Assembly: GCA_047602265.1 (NCBI GenBank)
Contig: JASGHU010000001.1
Location: 3,465,702-3,529,701 of the forward strand
Reading direction: 5' to 3'
Source of the DNA: Spongiibacteraceae bacterium
GTDB lineage: Bacteria; Pseudomonadota; Gammaproteobacteria; Pseudomonadales; CAMLJR01
DNA length: 64,000 nt
Below the pieces are notes generated by a model. It made no database searches, was not told the DNA's origin, and worked only from the letters and a program-made list of their open reading frames with translations. Of the stretch, positions 39,538-49,500 are shown piece by piece; positions within the stretch are counted from its first letter, which is position 1, and every line of letters begins with the position of its first letter. The position numbers were made by a program, and so were the translations under genes.

Positions 39538-40473
39538 TTAAGTAGACCAAATACGCGGGCGCTGCGTATCGACACTCGCATACCAGGGCCGCAACACATG
39601 CCACAACTGTTCGAAATACATGCGCGCCTGTTCGATGTTATCGCCGATAAAGCGCGCTGCGAAAATTCCCGGTAACGCTGTTACGCCATAACCATTATTT
39701 GCTTGCCCGACTTTTTCGACAGGAACGATCGCTCTACACGCTTCGAGAATATCTGCGGGTACTGCCCCTGCCGCCACCAGAAATACTGCACTGATGGTAT
39801 GGCCGTTCAAACCAACTGGCGATAGCATCGCTCGCGATCCCGCTTCGAGATTCGCCGCTTCATTCCACAATAATTCGTCGTCGCGCCAGATTTGCACGTG
39901 CTGCTGCAAATGCCCCTGTGCGAATTTTTCACCGGCTGCGCGGCGACCGAAACAGAGCATTTCCCAGCCGGCGAATTTCGCATCGGCTGCGAGCTCGACG
40001 CGCGCACTCATTCGCACTCGCGCCGCATCGAACAGTATCGTTTCCTGTGGCAACCATTCGAGCGTAGCGCCCGCGCTCACCTTGAAACGTAAATGCTGCG
40101 CCGCATCGCGCCCGTTGGCCTTGTACCATTTTCCCGCACCCGGCGTTGTCAGCAATGCATGCGCACCTTCATCGAGATTCACATGCAGATGCAATTCATC
40201 GCCACCGGCAATACCGCCGGGAGGATGCACGATCACCGCGTGACAAATACCATCGCCTTCGGGATAGAGCGGCTTCTGCACCACCAGCGGACCCGAATGC
40301 ATGCGTTCAACCAAAACGGTGCGCTGCTTTTGCGCGGCAAAACGCACATCGAGCTGTGCACGCCAATTGGCGGTCATCTTATTCAGAGAGCCTGCAAACG
40401 ATGCACCACTCTGCACATCATCATGAACATCGCGAACACTAACGTCACAGGCTTCATCAGATGGCCTATGCAT
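39538..40473 (-). CDS. ureD: Urease accessory protein UreD
   Basis: Carries HSGPLVVQKPLYPEG, typical of UreD/UreH. The probable true start is the ATG at 40377 (MTANWRAQL...). Confidence 0.88.
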   Translation of the reverse strand: MHRPSDEACDVSVRDVHDDVQSGASFAGSLNKMTANWRAQLDVRFAAQKQRTVLVERMHSGPLVVQKPLYPEGDGICHAVIVHPPGGIAGGDELHLHVNLDEGAHALLTTPGAGKWYKANGRDAAQHLRFKVSAGATLEWLPQETILFDAARVRMSARVELAADAKFAGWEMLCFGRRAAGEKFAQGHLQQHVQIWRDDELLWNEAANLEAGSRAMLSPVGLNGHTISAVFLVAAGAVPADILEACRAIVPVEKVGQANNGYGVTALPGIFAARFIGDNIEQARMYFEQLWHVLRPWYASVDTQRPRIWST

Positions 40474-40512
40474 AGCAAAAAATCTTATCCGACATAGCGA
40501 GGAGCGCTGCGA

Positions 40513-41211
40513 TCAAAGCGCAACGAAATTGCGAATATTGTCGTTATCCATATCGGCGCCCTTACCCTGCTTGACCACTTGACCACGCGACATTACCAGA
40601 TAGTGATCGGCGAGCGCACGTGCGAAATCGTAATACTGCTCGACGAGCAATATCGCCATATCGCCGCGTTGTGCCAGCGTGCGAATCACGCGCTCGATAT
40701 CTTTGATGATCGAGGGCTGAATACCTTCGGTAGGCTCATCGAGGATCAGCAATTTTGGTTTCGAGGCGAGCGCGCGACCGATTGCGAGCTGCTGTTGCTG
40801 CCCGCCGGATAAATCGCCACCGCGACGATGCTGCATATCCTTGAGCACGGGAAACATGGTGAAAATTTCGGCGGGCACATCGGAAACCTTGCCGCTTTTT
40901 TTCACGGCGAGACCCATTTGCAAATTTTCCATCACCGTAAGCCGCGCGAAAATTTCGCGGCCCTGCGGCACATAGGCGATACCCGCCGCTGCGCGCTCGT
41001 ACGGGGTCATCGCCGTCACATCCTTGCCGTCGAAATTGACCTTGCCGCCTTTAACGGGAATCGCACCCATCAAACATTTGAGCAAGGTGGTTTTGCCAAC
41101 GCCGTTGCGACCAAGCAATACCGTGCATGCGCCATTCGGCACATCGAAAGAAATATCGCGCAGCGTTTGCGAGCTGCCATAAAACTGATTTAAATTTTTT
41201 ATCGATAACAC
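40513..41211 (-). CDS. urtE: Urea ABC transporter ATP-binding protein UrtE
   Basis: 232 aa. Walker A GRNGVGKTT, signature LSGGQQQQLAIGRAL, and the fifth position in the urt block. Confidence 0.88.
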   Translation of the reverse strand: MLSIKNLNQFYGSSQTLRDISFDVPNGACTVLLGRNGVGKTTLLKCLMGAIPVKGGKVNFDGKDVTAMTPYERAAAGIAYVPQGREIFARLTVMENLQMGLAVKKSGKVSDVPAEIFTMFPVLKDMQHRRGGDLSGGQQQQLAIGRALASKPKLLILDEPTEGIQPSIIKDIERVIRTLAQRGDMAILLVEQYYDFARALADHYLVMSRGQVVKQGKGADMDNDNIRNFVAL

Positions 41212-41238
41212 AATATTTCCTCAACACTTCGGACTGTT

Positions 41239-41329
41239 CCCTCTCCCATTTCGGGAGAGGGTTAGGGAGAGGGCATTTCTGCATCGAAACCCTCTCCCCC
41301 AACCCCTCTCCCCTAAAGGGAGAGGGGAG
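41239..41329. repeat. Composite palindromic (REP/MITE-like) element, copy B, in the urtD-urtE spacer
   Basis: CCCTCTCCCatttcGGGAGAGGGttaGGGAGAGGGC ... CCCTCTCCCCCaaCCCCTCTCCCCtaaaGGGAGAGGGGAG. Confidence 0.9.
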
Positions 41330-41331
41330 TT

Positions 41332-42171
41332 TTATCTACCCAAATAAACTTCAATGACTTTCTCGTCATTTTGCACTTGATCCATCGGCCCTTCCGCGAG
41401 GACGCTACCTTCGTGCAATACGGTCACTTTGCGTGCGATGCGATTGATGAAATCCATATCGTGCTCGACCACCATGATCGAATGTTTTCCGGCCAGGGTA
41501 TTGAGCAATTCGGCGGTGCGTTCGGTTTCGTGATCGGTCATGCCCGCGACGGGCTCGTCGAGCATCAATAATTTCGGATCCTGCGCGAGCAGCATGCCGA
41601 TTTCGAGCCATTGTTTTTGCCCGTGCGAAAGCAATCCCGCGCGCGTGTTCGCTTTATCGGCGAGTTGAATCAAATCGAGAATTTCGGCGATGCGATCGGT
41701 CTGCTCGGAATTCAATTTCCCGAATAGCGAATGCCAGATGCCCTTGTCGGTTTTTATCGCGAGTTCGAGATTTTGAAACACGCTGTGTTGCTCAAATACC
41801 GAAGGCTTCTGAAATTTTCGACCGATGCCGGCCTGCGCAATCGCAGGTTCGTTCAATTTGGTGAGATCGAGTGTCTGCCCGAAAAACACGGTGCCGGTAT
41901 CGGGCCGCGTTTTCCCCGTGATCACATCCATCATCGTGGTTTTGCCAGCGCCATTCGGGCCGATAATGCAGCGCAACTCACCGACATCGATCGACAGCGA
42001 TAATTTATTCAGCGCGCGAAAACCATCAAAACTGACGGTGACATCTTCGAGGTATAAAACCACGCCATGCGACGTATCGAGCTCGCCCGGCACATGAATA
42101 TGCGCGTTGCTCGCACTGCCCCCTTCAGGAATATTAAGAGGGGGAACATTTTCAATTTCCGCCATGATCAT
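41332..42171 (-). CDS. urtD: Urea ABC transporter ATP-binding protein UrtD
   Basis: 279 aa. Walker A GPNGAGKTT, signature LSHGQKQWLEIGMLL, and the N-terminal extension typical of UrtD. Confidence 0.88.
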   Translation of the reverse strand: MIMAEIENVPPLNIPEGGSASNAHIHVPGELDTSHGVVLYLEDVTVSFDGFRALNKLSLSIDVGELRCIIGPNGAGKTTMMDVITGKTRPDTGTVFFGQTLDLTKLNEPAIAQAGIGRKFQKPSVFEQHSVFQNLELAIKTDKGIWHSLFGKLNSEQTDRIAEILDLIQLADKANTRAGLLSHGQKQWLEIGMLLAQDPKLLMLDEPVAGMTDHETERTAELLNTLAGKHSIMVVEHDMDFINRIARKVTVLHEGSVLAEGPMDQVQNDEKVIEVYLGR

Positions 42172-42184
42172 TGAACCCTATATC

Positions 42185-43303
42185 TCATTGGCTTTTGCTG
42201 CGTAATTTGGACAGCAGACCCAGCACGCCGGTTGGCAGAAATAATGTGACGAGAATAAATATCAAGCCGAGGAAATACAGCCAGTATTCGGGAAACGCCA
42301 CCGTGAAATAACTTTTTGCGCCATTGACGATACCCGCACCGAGCAGCGGACCGATCAAGGTGCCACGCCCACCGACCGCAGCCCAGATCGCAATTTCGAT
42401 CGACGCAGCGGGCGACATTTCGCTCGGATTGATAATACCGACCTGCGGCACATACAACGCACCCGCGATGCCGCACACCACCGCTGAAAATGTCCAGATC
42501 GCGAGTTTGTAATGCAATGTCGTGTAACCCGAGAACATGGTGCGGCCTTCGGCGTCGCGAATCGCGGTGAGCACACGACCGAATTTGCTGCTGACGATAA
42601 AACGCGATATCAGCAAAAGTCCGAGTAAAACGATGCCGGTTGTCACGAATAACGCCATGCGCATTTCGCTCGTCGCAACCGGAATGCCGGCGATGCGCTT
42701 GAAATCGGTGAAACCATTATTGCCACCGAAACCCGTTTCATTGCGAAAGAACAACAACATGGCCGCGTAGGTTAATGCCTGCGTGATAATCGAGAGATAC
42801 ACGCCTTTGATGCGCGAGCGAAACGCGAAATAACCGAACACGAACGCGAGCACGCCAGGCACCAGTACGACGAGCAACAATGCGTACCAGAGATGATCGG
42901 TAAATGCCCAGAACCACGGATATTCTTTCCAATCGAGAAACACCATGAAGTCGGGCAAATCGCTTTGATAATTGCCATCGCGGCCGATCTGACGCATCAG
43001 ATACATGCCGAATGCATAACCGCCGAGCGCGAAAAACAAACCGTGCCCCAAACTCAAAATACCCGTGTACCCCCACACCAGATCCATGGCGAGCGCGACG
43101 ATGGCGTAGCACAGAATTTTTCCGCACAGCGCAACGGTGTAATCGGAAATATGGAGCGCGCTCGTTTCTGGCATGACCAGATTGAGCACGGGAAACATCA
43201 CACAAATTACGATTAACGCAACGACAAATCCGGCCCAACCCTTGACGCCAAACAAACGCATAAGCGGACTCTGATTTTTTATTGGCAATGAAACATCAAG
43301 CAT
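42185..43303 (-). CDS. urtC: Urea ABC transporter permease UrtC
   Basis: 372 aa, polytopic, LivM-like. Position in the urt block supports the call. Confidence 0.88.
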   Translation of the reverse strand: MLDVSLPIKNQSPLMRLFGVKGWAGFVVALIVICVMFPVLNLVMPETSALHISDYTVALCGKILCYAIVALAMDLVWGYTGILSLGHGLFFALGGYAFGMYLMRQIGRDGNYQSDLPDFMVFLDWKEYPWFWAFTDHLWYALLLVVLVPGVLAFVFGYFAFRSRIKGVYLSIITQALTYAAMLLFFRNETGFGGNNGFTDFKRIAGIPVATSEMRMALFVTTGIVLLGLLLISRFIVSSKFGRVLTAIRDAEGRTMFSGYTTLHYKLAIWTFSAVVCGIAGALYVPQVGIINPSEMSPAASIEIAIWAAVGGRGTLIGPLLGAGIVNGAKSYFTVAFPEYWLYFLGLIFILVTLFLPTGVLGLLSKLRSKSQ

Positions 43304-44912
43304 CGGCGGAACGACCTTTCAACGCAAACAGTCCCTGCGGACGTTTTTGAATGAAGAAAATAATGATGACGAGCACGATGATTTTGGCGAGCACCGCACC
43401 CGAAAACCCTTCGAGGAATTTGCTGATAATGCCGAGACCGAGCGCTGCATACACTGCACCTGCAAGCTGACCGACACCACCGAGCACCACCACCATGAAC
43501 GAATCGACGATGTAATTGCTGCCGAGATCAGGGCCGACGTTGGTAACTTGCGACAACGCCACACCGGCGAGACCGGCGACACCCGACCCCAAACCGAATG
43601 CGCGCATATCGACACTCGCGGTATTCACGCCGACACAACTGGCCATGCCGCGATTTTGCGTCACCGCGCGCACGAATAAACCAAGCCGCGTTTTCGTCAG
43701 CAACAGCCACATGCCGAGCAGCACCAGCGCCGAAAAAATAATGATCGCAATGCGGTTATACGGCAGCGTTAAATTCGCAGCGATATCGATACCACCGGAC
43801 AACCACGCGGGATTTTCCACCTGCACGTTTTGCGCACCGAAAATACTGCGCACGCTCTGCATCAGCATGAGACTGATGCCCCACGTTGCCAGCAAGGTTT
43901 CAAGCGGGCGACCGTAGAGAAAACGAATCACCGTGCGTTCGAGAATCATGCCCACAACAGCAGTGACCACGAACGCGACAGGAATCGCCGCGAGAATATA
44001 CGCATCGAAAAATTGCGGCAGGTGCGCACGAAATAAATTTTGCACGACAAACGTGGCGTACGCACCGAGCATCATCATTTCGCCGTGGGCCATATTGATG
44101 ACACCCATCAGGCCGTAGGTGATGGCGAGCCCCAATGCCGCGAGCAATAAAATCGAACCGAGACTGATACCGGTAAAGACACGACCGATGATTTCATAAA
44201 TCTGTAGATGACGATCGATAGCGTCGATCGAATATTGAATCGCAGCGCGCACATCGGGATCGGTTTCACCGCCATCAGCCAAGCGCGTCGACAACATCTG
44301 CTTCACATTCTGATTAGTGCCGCTGCCAAGCATTTTCGCTGCAGCCATGCGCACATTTTTATCTGCGCTTTGCAATTGCGCTCCGGCCAGAATCTGCACG
44401 AGCGCATCTTTCAACTCGCTGTCTTTTTCGTTCGCCACCGCGACTTCGAGTAATTTAGTTTTGCTCTCGTCGATTTCAGCGTCCTGCAGGATTTTCACCG
44501 CATCAGCGCGTACGCTGCGATTCTCGTCTTGCAGATTCAGAAACGCGATGCCGGCCTCAATCTCGCTGCGGATCAGATTGTTATTAACGATATCTTCGGC
44601 ATCGGCCGGTAACTCCGCCGCTGCGCCGGTGATGGGATCGATTGCATTACCGCTCGCATCGATCATAAAAACTTTGTCGCCCGCGAACTTCACACTGTCA
44701 TCGAGCATGGCTTGTAGAAAGGTTTTTGCAGAGCTGTCGCCATTCACGACCACCTTGCTGATAGCTGTGATACGCGTTTCGTAATCGCCAGTGGCGAGTG
44801 CAGTGTAATCTTCGGCGGTTAATGCGAATACGCGAGCGCTGCTGAGTAGCGCGATTAAAAGCACAACACTGCGGACTATTAACACGGCACAGGGATTTGC
44901 CCAGTTGCGCAC
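43296..44912 (-). CDS. urtB: Urea ABC transporter permease UrtB (long form with N-terminal periplasmic extension)
   Basis: 538 aa. Signal/TM segment, an extension of about 230 aa, then a LivH-like permease. 8-nt overlap with urtC. Confidence 0.88.
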   Translation of the reverse strand: MRNWANPCAVLIVRSVVLLIALLSSARVFALTAEDYTALATGDYETRITAISKVVVNGDSSAKTFLQAMLDDSVKFAGDKVFMIDASGNAIDPITGAAAELPADAEDIVNNNLIRSEIEAGIAFLNLQDENRSVRADAVKILQDAEIDESKTKLLEVAVANEKDSELKDALVQILAGAQLQSADKNVRMAAAKMLGSGTNQNVKQMLSTRLADGGETDPDVRAAIQYSIDAIDRHLQIYEIIGRVFTGISLGSILLLAALGLAITYGLMGVINMAHGEMMMLGAYATFVVQNLFRAHLPQFFDAYILAAIPVAFVVTAVVGMILERTVIRFLYGRPLETLLATWGISLMLMQSVRSIFGAQNVQVENPAWLSGGIDIAANLTLPYNRIAIIIFSALVLLGMWLLLTKTRLGLFVRAVTQNRGMASCVGVNTASVDMRAFGLGSGVAGLAGVALSQVTNVGPDLGSNYIVDSFMVVVLGGVGQLAGAVYAALGLGIISKFLEGFSGAVLAKIIVLVIIIFFIQKRPQGLFALKGRSADA

Positions 44913-44951
44913 GAAATTATTCTCCGAACTATTAAGGTACTTCGATTAATT

Positions 44952-45071
44952 CCCTCTCCCGTTCGGGGAGAGGGTTAGGGAGAGGGCAACGGAGCTTAAA
45001 TAATTTTTTGAAAAATATTCGAGTATCGTAGCCCTCTCCCCCACCCCCTCTCTCCTGAAGGGAGAGGGGAG
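44952..45071. repeat. Composite palindromic (REP/MITE-like) element, copy C, in the urtA-urtB spacer
   Basis: CCCTCTCCCgttcgGGGAGAGGGttaGGGAGAGGGC ... GCCCTCTCCCCCaCCCCCTCTCTCCtgaaGGGAGAGGGGAG. Confidence 0.9.
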
Positions 45072-45080
45072 TTTTCAGGA

Positions 45081-46358
45081 TTAAATCTTCTCCGGCTCAT
45101 CCTTCTTCTTGTCGTTACCAGGAATGAACGGGCTCCACGGTTGTGCTTTGATCGGGCCCGGTGTTTTCCAAACGACGTTGAATTGACCGTCAGCTTTCAC
45201 TTCACCGATAAATACCGGTTTGTGCAGGTGATGGTTTTTCTCGTCCATTTTCGCCACGAAGCCAGACGGTGCGTTGAAGGTTTGACCCGCCATTGCCTTG
45301 ATCACTGCATCGACGTCGGTAGTGCCGGCTTTTTCAACAGCCTGCTTCCACATATTGATGCCGATATAGCTCGCTTCCATCGGATCGTTGGTGAGTGGCT
45401 TGCTCGCGCTCGACAGACCTTTCGCTTTCGCGTAATCAGCCCACTTCTTCTTGAACGCTTCGTTCGCCGGGTTTTTCAGCGACATGAAGTAGTTCCATGC
45501 AGCGAGGTGACCTACCAGCGGTTTGGTATCGACGCCGCGCAACTCTTCTTCACCGACCGAGAACGCAACGACCGGAACATCCTTCGCTTTCAAACCCTGG
45601 TTGCCGAGTTCTTTGTAGAACGGCACGTTCGAATCGCCGTTGATGGTAGAGATCACCGCTGTCTTGCCGCCAGCGGAGAATTTCTTGATATCGGCAACGA
45701 TCGTTTGATAATCGCTGTGGCCGAACGGGGTGTATTTCTCGTCGATATCTTTATCGTCGATGCCTTTCGAATGCAGGAACGCACGCAGGATTTTGTTGGT
45801 GGTACGCGGATAGACGTAGTCGGTACCGAGCAGAACGAAGCGTTTAGCACCACCACCTTCTTTGCTCATGAGATATTCCACTGCGGGAATCGCCTGCTGG
45901 TTGGGAGCAGCACCGGTATAAAACACGTTCTTGGAGAGTTCTTCACCTTCGTATTGAACGGGGTAAAACAACAGGCCGTTCAGTTCCTCGTATACCGGCA
46001 ACACCGATTTACGCGATACCGACGTCCAGCAGCCGAAGGTCACCGCAACTTTATCTTTGGTCAGCAATTGACGCGCCTTCTCCGCGAACAACGGCCAGTT
46101 CGAAGCCGGGTCAACTACCACGGGCTCAAGCTTGCGACCGAGCACACCGCCGCTGGCGTTAATTTCGTCGATTGCCATCAACACGGTGTCTTTCAACACG
46201 GTTTCGGAAATGGCCATCGTGCCCGACAGCGAATGCAATACGCCGACTTTGATCGGCTCTTTATCAGCGGCAAACACGCTGGACGCGCTGCCGAGCGCAA
46301 GCGCGACGCCGGCGGCGAGTGCGCTCATTTTTTTAAGGAAGGTGCGACGTTGTTGCAT
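45081..46358 (-). CDS. urtA: Urea ABC transporter substrate-binding protein UrtA
   Basis: 425 aa. Twin-Arg-like signal (MQQRRTFLKK...VFA) followed by the UrtA hallmark IKVGVLHSLSGTMAISE. Confidence 0.9.
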   Translation of the reverse strand: MQQRRTFLKKMSALAAGVALALGSASSVFAADKEPIKVGVLHSLSGTMAISETVLKDTVLMAIDEINASGGVLGRKLEPVVVDPASNWPLFAEKARQLLTKDKVAVTFGCWTSVSRKSVLPVYEELNGLLFYPVQYEGEELSKNVFYTGAAPNQQAIPAVEYLMSKEGGGAKRFVLLGTDYVYPRTTNKILRAFLHSKGIDDKDIDEKYTPFGHSDYQTIVADIKKFSAGGKTAVISTINGDSNVPFYKELGNQGLKAKDVPVVAFSVGEEELRGVDTKPLVGHLAAWNYFMSLKNPANEAFKKKWADYAKAKGLSSASKPLTNDPMEASYIGINMWKQAVEKAGTTDVDAVIKAMAGQTFNAPSGFVAKMDEKNHHLHKPVFIGEVKADGQFNVVWKTPGPIKAQPWSPFIPGNDKKKDEPEKI

Positions 46359-46547
46359 ATCGAGATTCTCCTGGAATGCTGATTAGGCTTTATCGGAATG
46401 ACTGGTGTTGGAAACAACGGATGTCAGGAACATCTGGCCTACGCATTAGAGTTTTTTGGGCCACTGCCGACAATGCGTCAAATGACGTATGCCATGCGTA
46501 GTTGATGGTGATAACTTGCCCGACGGAGAATACTGACGCGCATTAAA

Positions 46548-49500
46548 ATGTGTCAGACTCACCACTCACATCTTCAACACAACCAGAACGGAACCACCAT
46601 GGGGGAATACCGCCCGCAGCGTGTCTTCAATATTCGCCGCGATTACAACTCATGGGTCGCTAACGAAACGCTCGAAGATTACGCGTTACGTTTTGCGCCA
46701 CGCTCATTTCGCAAATGGTCGGCGTTTCGCGTCGCCAATACGGCGTTTGGCTCGATTTCATTTCTCGTGCTCGAAGCGATCGGTGGCTCGCTCACCATCA
46801 CCTACGGTTTTGAAAATGCGTGCTGGGCGATTCTTGCCGTCGGTCTCGTTATTTTTCTGACCGGATTTCCGATCGCCTACTACGCGGCGAAATACAATAT
46901 CGATATGGATTTGCTCACGCGCGGTGCCGGCTTTGGCTACATCGGCTCGACGCTAACTTCGTTAATTTACGCATCGTTCACGTTTACGCTATTCGCGCTC
47001 GAAGCCTCGATCATGTCGCTCGCGCTGCAGCTGTATTTGAATATTCCACTGTGGATCGCGCATTTAATTAGCGCGGTGGTGGTGATTCCGCTCGTCACCT
47101 ACGGCATAACCAACATCAACCGTCTGCAATTGTGGACACAACCGCTGTGGCTGTTATTACTCGCCCTACCCTACGGCGCCGTACTCCTTAAAGAAGGTTC
47201 CGCGTTACCGGAATTATTGAGTTTTCGCGGCAATAGCGATGAGCACTCGGCATTTTCGTGGCTATCGTTCGGCGCGGCGACCACCGTGGCGTTCGCGATG
47301 ATTGCGCAAATCGGCGAGCAGGTGGATTTTCTGCGCTTCCTGCCGGAAAAAACCCGCGAGAATCGCGCGCAGTGGTGGAGCGCCGTGATCATCGCCGGTC
47401 CCGGTTGGATCGTATTCGGGATTTTGCGCCAACTCGGCGGTGCCTTTCTCGCGTATCTCGCGATCAAATACGGCGTCAATGCCATGCACGCGCACGAACC
47501 GACGCAAATGTTTTTGATGGCCTTTCGCTACCTGACCGAGCCATTCAAAAACTCCGCCGCAATCGCCATCACGCTGACGGTATTACTCGTCGTTATTTCG
47601 CAAATCAAAATCAACGTCACCAACGCTTACGCCGGCTCGCTCGCGTGGTCGAATTTCTTTTCGCGACTGACGCACTCGCATCCGGGTCGTGTCGTCTGGC
47701 TTGTATTCAATGTCGCCATTGCGCTGCTGTTGATGGAGCTCGGTTTATTCAACGCACTCGAACGCGTGCTCGGATTATTTTCCAACGTCGCGATCGCATG
47801 GATCGGCGCCCTCGTTGCCGATCTCGTCATCAACAAACCGCTGCGGTTGAGCCCTTCGTATATCGAATTCAAACGCGCGTATCTGCCCGACATCAATCCG
47901 GTCGGCGTCTTCTCCACCCTGCTCGCCTCGCTCATTTCCATCGCGGCGTATCTCGGTTTATTCGGGGAAATGGCGCAGGCATTTTCCGCATTCATCGCGC
48001 TGTGCATTGCATTTATTTCGGCGCCGATTCTCGCCATCGTCACTCGCGGAAAATTTTACCTCGCTCGCGATCGCAATCTCTGGCCCGATGGTGCGCAGCC
48101 CACCGATAAATGCTGTATTTGCGGCAATCGTTTCGAACGCGAGGACAATGCGTATTGCCCCGTCTACCAAGGCACGATCTGCTCGCTGTGCTGCACGCTC
48201 GATGCGCGCTGTCGCGATGCGTGCAAACCGCAATCGCGCCTCGAAGATCAATTGCAGTACCTGGCCAATCTGATTCTGCCCAAGCGATTTTCGCCGCAAC
48301 TCAAACTGCGCCTGCTGCAATTCTTTCTGCTGTATCTATTACTCGCCGGGCTGACGATTATTTTTGTCGGTGTCATTTATTATCAGGATATTCTGGCAAT
48401 CTCGGCCGGCGAGCATTATTACTCGACGCTGCTCATCAATAATTTCATCAAGATTTATTCGTGCCTAACGATATTTCTCGGTCTAGGCACCTGGTGGCTC
48501 ATTCTCAACAACGAGAGCCGTCAGGTGGCGCAGGAAGAATCGAATCGGCAGACGCTGCTGCTCATCAAGGAAATCGAAGAGCACCGCAAGACCGATGCGA
48601 AATTGCAGCAAGCGAAAGAAGCGGCCGATCGCGCGAACTTGGCGAAGAGCCGCTTTCTTACCGATATGAGTCACGAAATTCGCACGCCGCTCAATAGCAT
48701 TCTCGGCTACGCGCAAATCATGCGCAAAGATACGTCGATCCCGGAGCATCGGCGCGAAGCTATCGGCATCATGCAGAACAGCGGCGAACATTTATCGCGC
48801 CTCATCGAAGATATTCTCGATATCGCACGCATCGAGGCGCGCAAATTCGATTTGAAGCGCGCGCCGATCGATTTTCCATCGTTCATCGAACACATGGTGC
48901 GCATGTTCAAGCCGCAGGCGGAGAGCAAAGGCTTGGCGTTTCGCTGTCAGGTGCTGTATCAATTGCCGCGTTACATTCGCGGCGACGAACACCGCCTGGG
49001 GCAAATTTTAATTAATTTACTGAGCAACGCGATTAAATTTACCGATAGCGGCGAAGTCGTTTTACACATCGAATACAGCGGTCAGGTCGCGGTGTTCAGT
49101 ATTATCGATAGCGGTCGCGGTATTCCCGAAGATAAGCGCGACGATATTTTTCAACCGTTTCGCCGCCTCAGCAATCCCAACGGCAATGCCGTTGCCGGCA
49201 ACGGTTTGGGTTTAACGATCAGTAAAATTCTCACCGAAATCATGGGCGGCGAACTCAGTATTCGCAGCAACGAACCTCACGGCACAATTTTTACCGTGCG
49301 CCTGTTCATGCCGGAATTACACAACATTGCTATCGCTCAGGACGAAGGTGAAATCGTCGCCTATCGCGGCCAGCGTCGCAGCGTATTGATTGCCGACGAT
49401 CAGGCCGAGCAGCGCAATTTATTGAAATCGGTATTGGCGCCGCTCGGCTTCGAATTGCACGAGGCCTCATCAGGCGAACAATGCTTCGAGCTTGCGCTGC

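Noticed and set aside
45141-46382. 413-aa plus-strand ORF
   Set aside because: It is antisense to urtA, which has a clear signal peptide and UrtA hallmark motif. It has the same antisense-artefact composition.
34460-46547. E. coli-type NikR operator (GTATGA-N16-TCATAC) near the ure/urt/hupE genes
   Set aside because: I looked for it by eye in the promoter-proximal regions and did not find a match. I make no claim about NikR targets.
47258-48109. 283-aa plus-strand ORF in an alternative frame of the histidine kinase gene
   Set aside because: It is an Arg-rich, out-of-frame translation of the permease-like domain. The main frame gives coherent TM helices and kinase motifs.
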